Positions 23,595 through 31,417 of a stretch of 64,000 nt of DNA are shown here, piece by piece. The notes below the pieces were generated by a model that worked only from the letters and a program-made list of their open reading frames with translations, did no database searches and was not told the origin of the DNA. This stretch comes from Aliiroseovarius sp. GTDB lineage: Bacteria; Pseudomonadota; Alphaproteobacteria; Rhodobacterales; Rhodobacteraceae. A program made the position numbers and the translations under genes. How positions within the stretch are numbered: position 1 is the stretch's first letter; every line of letters starts with the position of its first letter. The DNA is taken from contig NZ_JASBTN010000003.1 in the NCBI RefSeq assembly GCF_030148435.1, positions 12,794-76,793 of the forward strand. Reading direction: 5' to 3'.

Positions 23595-23779
23595 ACGGCG
23601 CGCGCAAGCCCAATAGTGGGCACCGGTTTTGGGGCCGACTTGCGCAGCCAATCAGACAGAGTGGGGCGGTTCCTGGCCCTCTCACTCTCACACGGGGCGG
23701 GTGCGCTCGCCCCCGACGCGGACAGGGCCGCAGGCAAAAACACGGGCGGTACCAAATGACGAGCCTTGTCAGCGAAACT

Positions 23780-23809
23780 GGGGCGCCCTCGGGTGCCCCT
23801 TTTCTTTTT
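23780..23809 (+). terminator. rho-independent terminator (probable true end of the nrdJ transcript)
   Basis: GGGGCGCC-ctcg-GGTGCCCC stem followed by TTTTCTTTTT. Confidence 0.6.
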
Positions 23810-24020
23810 CCCCACGAATCAATCCGCCGGCGGATGCCTGCAATTCAGTACCAGTCGCAATGACTTAGCCAGATTTTTAGGCGAACCTGACCGAACTGAC
23901 GCTGATTGGCGTCAACTCTCCGTTCGGATAGGTCAACAAGCAGCACCGGGCAGGTCATTTTGCCTTTGGTTGTATTGGTGCACTCGACTACACTCCAAGC
24001 CAGAACAAAGGAGCAGTGAC

Positions 24021-24308
24021 GTGATCGGAATCGTTCTGTGGTACAACACCGACAAGCAGGTTGGTCTGGTGTGGTGCGAAGATCAGGGCCCTCTGGCCTA
24101 TATCGGACCCGAGATCGCGGTCCCGAACAAGGCCCGCCCGCTGGGCTGCGGCGACCAGATTTCCTTCCTGCATGAAGTACGCGACAGGGTGCGCTACGTG
24201 ACCTCGATCGAACGGGTCGAGACCGGAAGCACGGCGGCAGATCCGCAATCGGTTCTGGCAGCCTATCACGAGAATGCAGGCGGCAAGGGGTTGCGCGTCG
24301 TGGCCTGA
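24021..24308 (+). CDS. small hypothetical protein with degenerate cold-shock-domain-like N-terminus
   Basis: GTG start 7 nt after AAGGAG. The N-terminus VIGIVLWYNTDKQVGLVW parallels the CspA motif GIVKWFNADKGFGFI. The upstream part of track ORF 23766..24308 runs through the terminator at 23780..23809 and is rejected. Confidence 0.5.
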   Translation: MIGIVLWYNTDKQVGLVWCEDQGPLAYIGPEIAVPNKARPLGCGDQISFLHEVRDRVRYVTSIERVETGSTAADPQSVLAAYHENAGGKGLRVVA

Positions 24309-24314
24309 AATGAA

Positions 24315-24345
24315 ACCGCCCCCCGTACCGAAGCAGGGGGGCGGT
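24315..24345. terminator. bidirectional terminator hairpin between convergent genes
   Basis: ACCGCCCCCC-(11-nt loop)-GGGGGGCGGT, a 10-bp perfect stem. Confidence 0.6.
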
Positions 24346-24367
24346 CGGATTTCAGCCGGATACCGGT

Positions 24368-24940
24368 TCAGGGCAGTTGCACGTCCCCGCGCGACAGGGC
24401 CGCCACGCCGGTCCGGGCCAGCGAGACCAGACCCAGGGGCCGCATCAGCTCGGCAAAGGCGTCGATTTTTTCCGGCGTGCCGGTGATCTCGAAGATGAAG
24501 CTGTTCAGCGTCGAATCCACCACATTGGCCCGGAAGATATCGGCCAGACGCAGCGCCTCGACGCGCTTCTCGCCCTCTCCCGCCACCTTGAACAGCGCCA
24601 GTTCACGTTCGACCGAGGTGCCCTCGACCGTCAGGTCATGCACTTCGTGCACCGGCACGATCCGGCCCAGCTGCGCCTTGATCTGTTCGATCACCGCAGG
24701 CGTGCCGGTGGTCACGATGGTGATGCGGCTCCGGTGCCCGGTGTGGTCGATCTCGGCCACGGTGAGGCTGTCGATATTGTAACCCCGGCCGGAAAACAGC
24801 CCGATCACGCGGGCCAGAACCCCCGCCTCGTTGTCGACGACAACCGCCAGCGTGTGGCTTTCGATCACATCCGTGTTCGGATCCCGCAGGTCATAGGCGG
24901 ATTTGCGCGAGGCGCCTTTCTTCAGTCGTAGTGCAGACAT
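24368..24940 (-). CDS. ilvH: acetolactate synthase small (regulatory) subunit
   Basis: ACT domain HTLAVVVDNEAGVLARVIGLFSGRGYNIDSLTV plus the C-terminal AHAS small-subunit domain. It lies directly downstream of the large subunit. Confidence 0.9.
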   Translation of the reverse strand: MSALRLKKGASRKSAYDLRDPNTDVIESHTLAVVVDNEAGVLARVIGLFSGRGYNIDSLTVAEIDHTGHRSRITIVTTGTPAVIEQIKAQLGRIVPVHEVHDLTVEGTSVERELALFKVAGEGEKRVEALRLADIFRANVVDSTLNSFIFEITGTPEKIDAFAELMRPLGLVSLARTGVAALSRGDVQLP

Positions 24941-24953
24941 CTCTCAGCCCTCC

Positions 24954-26711
24954 TTACACAAGTTTCGAACCTTCGGCGTCAATGACGCCGCGGGTGTCCA
25001 CATCCGGGCCCATGATCATGTCGTCATGCGCCTTGCCCGAGGGGATCATCGGGAAGCAGTTGGCGTGTTTCTCCACCAGAACGTCCAGGATGAACGGCCC
25101 GTCATAGTCCAGCATTTCCTGGATCGCATCGTCCAGCTCGGCCGGGTCCGAGACCACGCGGCCCTTGCAGCCGAAGGCCTCGGCCAGTTTCACGAAGTCC
25201 GGCAGGCTTTCGCTCCACGAATGCGAGTATCGCTCGCCGTGCAAGAGCTCCTGCCACTGGCGCACCATGCCCAGGCGTTCGTTGTTCAGGATGAACTGCT
25301 TGACCGGCAGGCGGTACTGCACCGCCGTGCCCATTTCCTGCATGTTCATCAGCCACGAGGCATCCCCCGCCACGTTGATGACGCAGGCGTCGGGGTGAGC
25401 CATCTGGATCCCGACCGAGGCCGGCAGGCCGTAACCCATCGTGCCCAGACCGCCCGAAGTCATCCAGCGGTTCGGATCCTCGAAGCCCAGGAACTGCGCC
25501 GCCCACATCTGGTGCTGGCCCACTTCGGTCGCGACATAGCGGTCCTTGTCCTTGGTCAGCGCCTCCAGCCGTTCCAGCGCGTATTGCGGCTGGATCACGT
25601 CATCGGTGTTGCGATAGTAGAGGCATTCCTTGGCGCGCCAACCGTCGATCTGCTCCCACCATTTGGCCAGGGCCTCGGTATTGGTCTTGCGGCCACGCGA
25701 TTTCCAGATGCGCAGCAGGTCTTCCAGAATATGGCCCACGTCGCCGACGATCGGCAGGTCGACATGGACGATCTTGTTGATCGAGCTCACATCGATGTCG
25801 ATTTGCACCTTTTTCGACCCCGGGCTGAACGCATCGATGCGCCCGGTGATCCGGTCGTCGAAACGGGCGCCGATACAGATCATCAGGTCGCAGCCATGCA
25901 TTGCCTTGTTGGCCTCGTAAAGCCCGTGCATGCCCAGCATGCCGACCCATTCCTTGCCGGAGGCCGGGTAGGCGCCCAGACCCATCAGGGTCGAGGTGAT
26001 CGGGAAGCCGGTGGCGCCGACCAGTTCGCGCAAAAGCTGGCTGGCCGCCTGACCCGAGTTGATCACGCCGCCGCCGGTGTAGAAGACCGGGCGTTCGGCG
26101 GTTTCGATCATCTCGACCAGTTCGGTGATCGCCGCAACATCGCCCTTCATCTTCGGCTGGTAATGCGAGGTGTCGATCTTGCCCGGCGGCGTGTAGGTGC
26201 CACCCGCGAACTGCACGTCCTTGGGAATGTCGACCAGGGTCGGACCGGGACGGCCCGTGGTGGCGATATGGAACGCCTCGTGAATGGTCGCGGCCAGCGC
26301 GTCGGTATCTTTCACCAGCCAGTTGTGCTTGGTGCAGGGGCGGGTGATGCCGACCGTGTCGGCCTCCTGGAACCCGTCGGTGCCGATCATGAAGGTGGGC
26401 ACCTGGCCTGACAGCACCACCAGCGGGATCGAGTCCAGCAGCGCATCGGTCAGCCCGGTGACTGCATTGGTCGCCCCGGGGCCCGACGTCACCAGCACGA
26501 CGCCCGGCTTGCCGGTCGACCGTGCATAGCCTTCGGCGGCATGCACCGCGCCCTGTTCGTGGCGCACCAGCACGTGGCGGATGTCGTTCTGCTGGAAAAT
26601 CTCGTCATAGATCGGTAGGACCGCGCCCCCCGGATAGCCGAATACCGTGTCCACACCCTGATCCTTCAGGGCCTGAACCACCATTTTCGCTCCGGTCATC
26701 TGACGTGTCAT
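24954..26711 (-). CDS. ilvI: acetolactate synthase large (catalytic) subunit
   Basis: The N-terminus [32 protein letters not shown] and the ThDP-binding motif ([11 protein letters not shown]...GDASW..N) are typical. Start set to the ATG at 26711, preceded by GGAGA. Confidence 0.95.
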   Translation of the reverse strand: MTRQMTGAKMVVQALKDQGVDTVFGYPGGAVLPIYDEIFQQNDIRHVLVRHEQGAVHAAEGYARSTGKPGVVLVTSGPGATNAVTGLTDALLDSIPLVVLSGQVPTFMIGTDGFQEADTVGITRPCTKHNWLVKDTDALAATIHEAFHIATTGRPGPTLVDIPKDVQFAGGTYTPPGKIDTSHYQPKMKGDVAAITELVEMIETAERPVFYTGGGVINSGQAASQLLRELVGATGFPITSTLMGLGAYPASGKEWVGMLGMHGLYEANKAMHGCDLMICIGARFDDRITGRIDAFSPGSKKVQIDIDVSSINKIVHVDLPIVGDVGHILEDLLRIWKSRGRKTNTEALAKWWEQIDGWRAKECLYYRNTDDVIQPQYALERLEALTKDKDRYVATEVGQHQMWAAQFLGFEDPNRWMTSGGLGTMGYGLPASVGIQMAHPDACVINVAGDASWLMNMQEMGTAVQYRLPVKQFILNNERLGMVRQWQELLHGERYSHSWSESLPDFVKLAEAFGCKGRVVSDPAELDDAIQEMLDYDGPFILDVLVEKHANCFPMIPSGKAHDDMIMGPDVDTRGVIDAEGSKLV

Positions 26712-26744
26712 CTTCTGTCTCCGTTCCACGTGCATCGTTCGTCC

Positions 26745-26771
26745 AAAAAAAAGCCCCCGAGTTTCGGGGGC
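26745..26771 (-). terminator. attenuator terminator in the ilvIH leader
   Basis: The minus strand reads GCCCCCGA-aac-TCGGGGGC followed by T8. It lies 33 nt upstream of the ilvI ATG and 25 nt downstream of the leader-peptide stop. Confidence 0.75.
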
Positions 26772-26796
26772 GCAGGGGGTATCCAACAGGATGTCG

Positions 26797-26844
26797 TTAC
26801 CGACCCATGCGCCAATCGTCCACTACTACGAGAATGCTCTGCAT
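26797..26844 (-). CDS. ilvIH leader peptide (15 aa, [15 protein letters not shown])
   Basis: Hand translation of the minus strand gives AAGGAG-N8-ATG CAG AGC ATT CTC GTA GTA GTG GAC GAT TGG CGC ATG GGT CGG TAA. It contains five consecutive branched-chain codons (I-L-V-V-V). Confidence 0.7.
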   Translation of the reverse strand: MQSILVVVDDWRMGR

Positions 26845-26874
26845 CCCTGGGGCTCCTTTACTTCGTGGGCGGGA

Positions 26875-26902
26875 CATTATGAGCGGGGGCAGGGGCCGTC
26901 AA
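26875..26902 (-). promoter_or_regulatory. sigma70-type promoter of the ilv leader
   Basis: On the minus strand: TTGACG (26902..26897), a 16-nt spacer, then ATAATG (26880..26875). Confidence 0.5.
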
Positions 26903-27135
26903 CGTCAAAATGCAACTGCAGCATATGTTTTTCGTGAAGAAAATGTCGCAGGGGGTCGATTTTTGTAATCTTGTTGCGCAAGAGCCGGGGTTGTTCGGAA
27001 TTTTTGGAAAATCCGGTTCGTTTTCCGTCGCGGACAACAAGACCGTCCGGCAGGGCCCATGCCACGGCGCGAAGGCGACCCATCGGGTCGCTGCTCTGCG
27101 GGGAATGGCGGTCGTCGGATCCCGGCGGGGACGGC

Positions 27136-27963
27136 TCAGCTCGCCGTATCGGGCAGGGTGATCCGCGCCACCTGTTCGGCGATCGGATCGGTGGACAGCG
27201 GATGGGTTTCCGGGCTGAAATCCTCGTTCCTGTTCAGCGGTTGCCAGACCCCGCCGCGATAGATTTCCAGCGCCGAGAAGCGGGATTTGTAATCCATCTT
27301 GGGCGAGCCCGGCACCCAGTAGCCCAGGTAGACATAGGGCAGGCCGGCCTCCTGCGCGAGCCGGATGTGATCGAGGATCACATAGGTGCCCAGCGAGTCC
27401 GCCTGGCGTTCCGGCGCATAGAAACTGTAGACCATGCTGAGCCCGTCCTCGAGCACATCGGTCAGGCAGACCGCGGCCAGCTCTGCGCGCCCGTGCCCCG
27501 CTTGCGGGGGCTCGGAATATTCGATCACGCGGGTGCGGATCGGCGTTTCCTCGATCATTGCCGAGAACTCGAACACATCCATGTCCGCCATGCCGCCATC
27601 GGAATGGCGCGTGTCCAGGTAGGTGCGGAACAGGTCGAACTGTTCCTCCGTGGCCCAGGGCGCGCGGGTGCGCCGGACCAGTTCCTCGTTGCGCTTCAGC
27701 GCGCGGCGCTGGCTTTTGGTCGTTCTGAAATCCGCGACCCGGATGCGCGCCGACAGGCAGGCCGAACACTCGGCGCAACTGGGCCGGTAAAGCACATTCT
27801 GCGAGCGGCGGAACCCCTGTTTGGACAGCGTGTCGTTCAGCGTGTGCGCATGGTCCCCCTGCAGGGCGGTGAACAGCTTGCGCTCCATCCGCCCCTCAAG
27901 GTAGGGGCAGGGTTGCGGTGCCGTCACGTAGAACTGCGGGGCAAGAGGAAGGCTGTGGCGCAT
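27136..27963 (-). CDS. bpt: arginyl/leucyl-tRNA-protein transferase Bpt (ATE family)
   Basis: N-terminal CPYLEGR...[24 protein letters not shown] and the C-terminal ATE domain ([10 protein letters not shown]). Confidence 0.85.
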   Translation of the reverse strand: MRHSLPLAPQFYVTAPQPCPYLEGRMERKLFTALQGDHAHTLNDTLSKQGFRRSQNVLYRPSCAECSACLSARIRVADFRTTKSQRRALKRNEELVRRTRAPWATEEQFDLFRTYLDTRHSDGGMADMDVFEFSAMIEETPIRTRVIEYSEPPQAGHGRAELAAVCLTDVLEDGLSMVYSFYAPERQADSLGTYVILDHIRLAQEAGLPYVYLGYWVPGSPKMDYKSRFSALEIYRGGVWQPLNRNEDFSPETHPLSTDPIAEQVARITLPDTAS

Positions 27964-28151
27964 GAAGGGTCCGGGGTCATCCTGATCCCCCTCAGGTTAA
28001 CAAGCGATAAACCATCCGCCAAGGGCCTGTTGGCGAAAGGGTAAACGGGCCGGGGAACCGGACCGCGTTGGGGCGACGGACGGCAACCCCCTCCGTCGCG
28101 CCACCGTCCTGCGATCAGTCCGGGAAAAAAGCACCCCGTTCTGGCCCCCGT

Positions 28152-28652
28152 TCAGGCTGAGGCGCGGTTCACCATCGCGGTGCCCAGCACCATGTCATGC
28201 AGGCCCTGACCGCGCGGGGTGGTCAGCATCAGGATGATTGACACGAGCTGCAGCAAGACCATCGAGAAGGCGATGGAATAGCCCAGCGTGTGCAGCGTGG
28301 CCGTGGCCAGCCCCGGGCGGGTGCCGCGATGGGTGCGCAGCTCGATCGCCACAAGGCGCATGCCGATGGTCGCGCCGGAGTTGGTGATCGTGATCACCCG
28401 ATAGGCAAAGCCGATTACCATGAACAGGAAGGCCACAAAGAACAGGCCGATGCCGACGGTGAACACCACCGCCAGGAAGGTCAGGGCAAAGACGATGACG
28501 GTATCGATCAACCAGGCCAGCGCCCGTTTCAGGGGCACGTCCTCGTAGAACTCCGCCTGGTACTGTGGATCCGGCAGGCCCCAGAGAGCTTCCCTGTGGG
28601 TCGCCCCGCGGGCGTCGCGGTCAGGGTCATGGTTGCTGTGCATGGTGTTCAT
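28152..28652 (-). CDS. RDD family membrane protein
   Basis: RALAWLIDTVIV...TIGMRLVAIELR...GLHDMVLGT matches the R-D-D pattern with three TM helices. The start is uncertain (ATG 28652, ATG 28643 or TTG 28682). Confidence 0.75.
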   Translation of the reverse strand: MNTMHSNHDPDRDARGATHREALWGLPDPQYQAEFYEDVPLKRALAWLIDTVIVFALTFLAVVFTVGIGLFFVAFLFMVIGFAYRVITITNSGATIGMRLVAIELRTHRGTRPGLATATLHTLGYSIAFSMVLLQLVSIILMLTTPRGQGLHDMVLGTAMVNRASA

Positions 28653-28734
28653 TGTGTGGTTCGGTCCGGGAAATGGCAACAAGGGAAAACGGCCCCCGGG
28701 ACGAGGGGGCCGTCAAGGAGGGCAGGGGGCGGGA

Positions 28735-29205
28735 TCAGGCCTTCAGCTCGACCTCGTCCGCGTCGTCTCCTTCATCCTCCTCGTCATCGGTCGCACGGGC
28801 AGCCGTGGCGCGTTCGTCCATGAACTCGTCGAACTCCGACTTGTCCTTGGCGGCGCGTAGCCGTTCGAGGAAGGCTTCGAACTGCTCCTGCTCGTCCATC
28901 AGGCGTTTCAGCGTCTCGGCCTTGTAGGCGTCGAAGGCGGTATTGCCCGAGCTGCGGAACCCGTGGCGGCGGCCCATGCGGGCGGCCTCGTGGCCATGGC
29001 GGTGGGAACGGCAGGATTTCGAGAACATGCGATTGCTCCAGATCATGTAGGCAAGAAGGGCAAGGCCGATCGGCCAGAAGAGGATGAAGCCGAGAACCAT
29101 GGCGGCGATCCAGGCGCCCTTGCCACGGTCGTCCAGCCATGCCTCGGCCCGCGAGAACCAACCGCCGGAACGGGGGGAGGTTTCGGTATAGGCAACGGTG
29201 CTCAT
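28735..29205 (-). CDS. DUF2852 domain-containing protein
   Basis: AWLDDRGKGAWIAAMVLGFILFWPIGLALLAYMIW...NTAFDAYKAETLKRL...EFDEFM is typical of DUF2852. SD is GGAGA. Confidence 0.8.
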   Translation of the reverse strand: MSTVAYTETSPRSGGWFSRAEAWLDDRGKGAWIAAMVLGFILFWPIGLALLAYMIWSNRMFSKSCRSHRHGHEAARMGRRHGFRSSGNTAFDAYKAETLKRLMDEQEQFEAFLERLRAAKDKSEFDEFMDERATAARATDDEEDEGDDADEVELKA

Positions 29206-29235
29206 GGTATTCTCCGGTCTGGTGTGTCTGTTTCA

Positions 29236-29257
29236 ATGTGAATGCGCTTCACATTAC
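29236..29257. promoter_or_regulatory. operator-like 22-bp motif, copy 1 (ATGTGAATGCGCTTCACATTAC)
   Basis: Contains the perfect inverted repeat AATGTGAA-N5-TTCACATT. It lies 31-52 nt upstream of the DUF2852 ATG. Confidence 0.4.
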
Positions 29258-29293
29258 AGCAGATGGGGATTGGTGGCCGTGGTACAAGAGGTG

Positions 29294-29315
29294 ATGTGAA
29301 TGTTTTTTACATTAC
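29294..29315. promoter_or_regulatory. operator-like 22-bp motif, copy 2 (ATGTGAATGTTTTTTACATTAC)
   Basis: Shares ATGTGAATG and ACATTAC with copy 1. The copy starts are 58 bp apart. Confidence 0.4.
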
Positions 29316-29340
29316 TTGCGTAAGAGTCTGTACCTAATAG

Positions 29341-29373
29341 AAAAACGCCCAGATGGATCGGGGCGTTTTTTTT
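29341..29373. terminator. bidirectional terminator downstream of the cytochrome b561 gene
   Basis: A5-CGCCC-(10-nt loop)-GGGCG-T8. Confidence 0.6.
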
Positions 29374-29385
29374 GATCTTCGGTGG

Positions 29386-29919
29386 TCAGGCTCCGCGGTT
29401 TCCGAACCACATGCGCCGGATCAACCCGTCGCGCAGGGCGATCTGGTGATAGGCCCAGCCGGCCACATGGGCCAGGATCAGAAGCCCGAGCAGGGTCGAG
29501 GCGGCGCCATGCACCCGGCGCGAGGCATAGGTGTCGAAATCCGCGGGCATGGGGGTGTCGGCGCCGAAGAACACGATCTCACCCAGCCCCGACATCTGCG
29601 ACAGGGTCACACCGCTGCCCACCATGACGAAGATCAGAAGATAAAGCCCCCAATGCGCGGCCTGTCCGGCGAGGTTCAGACCTGGCGAGCCGGTATCCGC
29701 ATGGGGCGGTTTGGCGGTGGTCAGCCGGGTGATCAGGCGCAGCACGACCAAAAGCCCCAGGGTCAGGCCGATCGACATATGGGCGCGAAAGCTGAACATC
29801 TTGGCCGGGTCGCTGTTTTCGACCGGGGCCAGAATGAAATTGCCAGCCAGCAGGGCGACAATGATCAGCACGGCCATCAGCCAGTGCAGGGTAACAAGAA
29901 GGGGATGATAGCGGGTCAT
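29386..29919 (-). CDS. cytochrome b561 family protein (CybB-like)
   Basis: YHPLLVTLHWLMAVLIIVALL, four TM helices and conserved His residues. Start set to the ATG at 29919. Confidence 0.85.
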   Translation of the reverse strand: MTRYHPLLVTLHWLMAVLIIVALLAGNFILAPVENSDPAKMFSFRAHMSIGLTLGLLVVLRLITRLTTAKPPHADTGSPGLNLAGQAAHWGLYLLIFVMVGSGVTLSQMSGLGEIVFFGADTPMPADFDTYASRRVHGAASTLLGLLILAHVAGWAYHQIALRDGLIRRMWFGNRGA

Positions 29920-29947
29920 GGCGGGGCTCCTTGCTGCGGCCGTAATA

Positions 29948-29992
29948 CTTGCATCTGCAACTGTAGTAAATTGCACCAGCAATAGTTGCAAG
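29948..29992. promoter_or_regulatory. candidate MarR operator in the cybB-marR divergent region
   Basis: CTTGCAtctGCAACT (29948..29962) is inverted relative to AGTTGCAAG (29984..29992). The TTGCA core occurs three times, plus one TGCAA variant. Confidence 0.3.
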
Positions 29993-30020
29993 CGCAAATA
30001 TCGCGTGATAAAGCTGCGTC

Positions 30021-30476
30021 ATGAGCAACACGCCTTCCCTGGCCGAACAGGCCTTCCTGACCCGCACCACCAGCTGCGGCTGGATGATCCAGCAGCTTTC
30101 GTCCCGATATTACGAGGTCGCCCGGCGTCAGTTCGACCCGCTCGGCCTGAAGCTGGAGCAATTCATCCTGATGATGGCGATTGCCGAGGCCGAAAACCAG
30201 ACCCAGACGGAGCTGGGTCAGCGCGTGCGTATTGCCAACTATGCGGTGACTCGTGCGCTGGACGGGCTGGAGGAACTCGGGCTGGTCGAACGGCGCGCCG
30301 ATGCGGCGTCACGCAGATCGCGGCGCATATTCCTGACCGACCGGGGCAGGGCGCTGGCGCCGCGTCTGTTCGACGCGGTCCAAGCGGTCAATGACGAGGT
30401 TCTGGCCCCGCTGCCGCCAGAGGACCGTGACGCCTTCGCCCGGGTGCTTTCTCAGCTGGTGAACTCGGCGAGCTGA
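30021..30476 (+). CDS. MarR family transcriptional regulator
   Basis: Winged-HTH region QTELGQRVRIANYAVTRALDGLEELGLVERRADAASRRSRRIFLT. Confidence 0.85.
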   Translation: MSNTPSLAEQAFLTRTTSCGWMIQQLSSRYYEVARRQFDPLGLKLEQFILMMAIAEAENQTQTELGQRVRIANYAVTRALDGLEELGLVERRADAASRRSRRIFLTDRGRALAPRLFDAVQAVNDEVLAPLPPEDRDAFARVLSQLVNSAS

Positions 30477-30922
30477 GCGCCGGACAGGCGGTGGATTTCG
30501 CCGGGGCTCAGCGCAAAGACATGGCGTGGCGTTCCTGCGGCGGCCCAGACCATGGCGAACTCCATCAGGCGCGGGTCCATGAAGGCGCGGATCGGGCTGG
30601 TGTGGCCGATCGGCGCGACCCCGCCGATGGCAAACCCGGTCTGCGCCCGGATCAGCTTGCCATCCGCCTTGCCCAGCGCCTCGCCGGCCACATGGCTGGC
30701 CTTCGCGCCATCGACCCTGTTGCCGCCCGCGGTCAGGAACAGCACCACGCGCCCGTCCGCCTCGCCCCTGAAGATGATCGACTTGACGATCTGGTCGATC
30801 TCGCACCCCGCCGCCTGCGCCGCATCTGCGGCCGTGCGCGTTCCCTCGGCCATCTCCAGGATCTCCACCGGCTCGCCCGCCGCTTCCAGGGCCGCGCGCA
30901 CGCGCTTCAGGGATTTGCTCAT
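30452..30922 (-). CDS. YbaK/prolyl-tRNA editing domain protein
   Basis: This is the C-terminal 156 aa of artefactual track ORF 30452..33262. It begins MSKSLKRVRAALEAAGEPVEI and contains IVKSIIF...TGFAIGGVAPIGH. Start is the ATG at 30922. Confidence 0.75.
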   Translation of the reverse strand: MSKSLKRVRAALEAAGEPVEILEMAEGTRTAADAAQAAGCEIDQIVKSIIFRGEADGRVVLFLTAGGNRVDGAKASHVAGEALGKADGKLIRAQTGFAIGGVAPIGHTSPIRAFMDPRLMEFAMVWAAAGTPRHVFALSPGEIHRLSGAQLAEFTS

Positions 30923-30991
30923 CTTGTCGTTCCGTAACGTCTTGGGTCGAAGGCACTTTACGCATGTGCCCGCCCGGTGCAAGCTTGTCCC

Positions 30992-31366
30992 ATGGCTGAT
31001 CTGACTTTCTTCACCGCGCTGGAAACCCGGGTCTGGGAGGCGCTGGTGGCGGGCGATGCCACCGCCGATCGCGCCCTGCTGGCGCCGGACTTTCTGGGCG
31101 TCTATTCCACCGGCTTCGCCAAACGCGCGGACCATGCCGATCAACTGGCGGGCGGTCCCACGGTGATACGTTTCCTGCTCTCCGAAGCCCGGCTGATCGA
31201 GCTTGGTCCAGGCCGCGTCCTGCTGGCCTACCGCGCCGATTACCTGCGCAAGGGGGCGCATGCGGCGGAGGCGATGTATGTCTCGTCGATCTGGGAGGAA
31301 CGCGACGGCCAATGGCTGAATACGTTCAGCCAGGACAGCTCCACCGAAGCCGCTGCGCCGGTCTGA
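30992..31366 (+). CDS. NTF2/SnoaL-like (DUF4440-like) protein
   Basis: About 124 aa with the pattern TALETRVWEALVAGD...LLAPDF...SSIWEERDGQW, typical of NTF2-fold proteins. Family assignment is tentative. Confidence 0.55.
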   Translation: MADLTFFTALETRVWEALVAGDATADRALLAPDFLGVYSTGFAKRADHADQLAGGPTVIRFLLSEARLIELGPGRVLLAYRADYLRKGAHAAEAMYVSSIWEERDGQWLNTFSQDSSTEAAAPV

Positions 31367-31417
31367 CCGACCATTTCGCCGCTTGACCCCCATGCCGCGC
31401 CGCCGCATCTTCGCGAC

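Noticed and set aside
19543-23691. 1382-aa ORF on the minus strand, the longest ORF in the track
   Set aside because: It lies exactly antisense to the unmistakable nrdJ gene. Its translation is Arg/Gly/Ala/Pro-rich with no recognisable motifs. This is a typical stop-codon-poor antisense frame in high-GC DNA.
23766-24020. Upstream 85 codons of ORF 23766..24308
   Set aside because: This part runs through a canonical terminator (23780..23809) and a low-GC, non-coding-looking stretch. A GTG with a strong SD at 24021 gives a compact 95-aa product.
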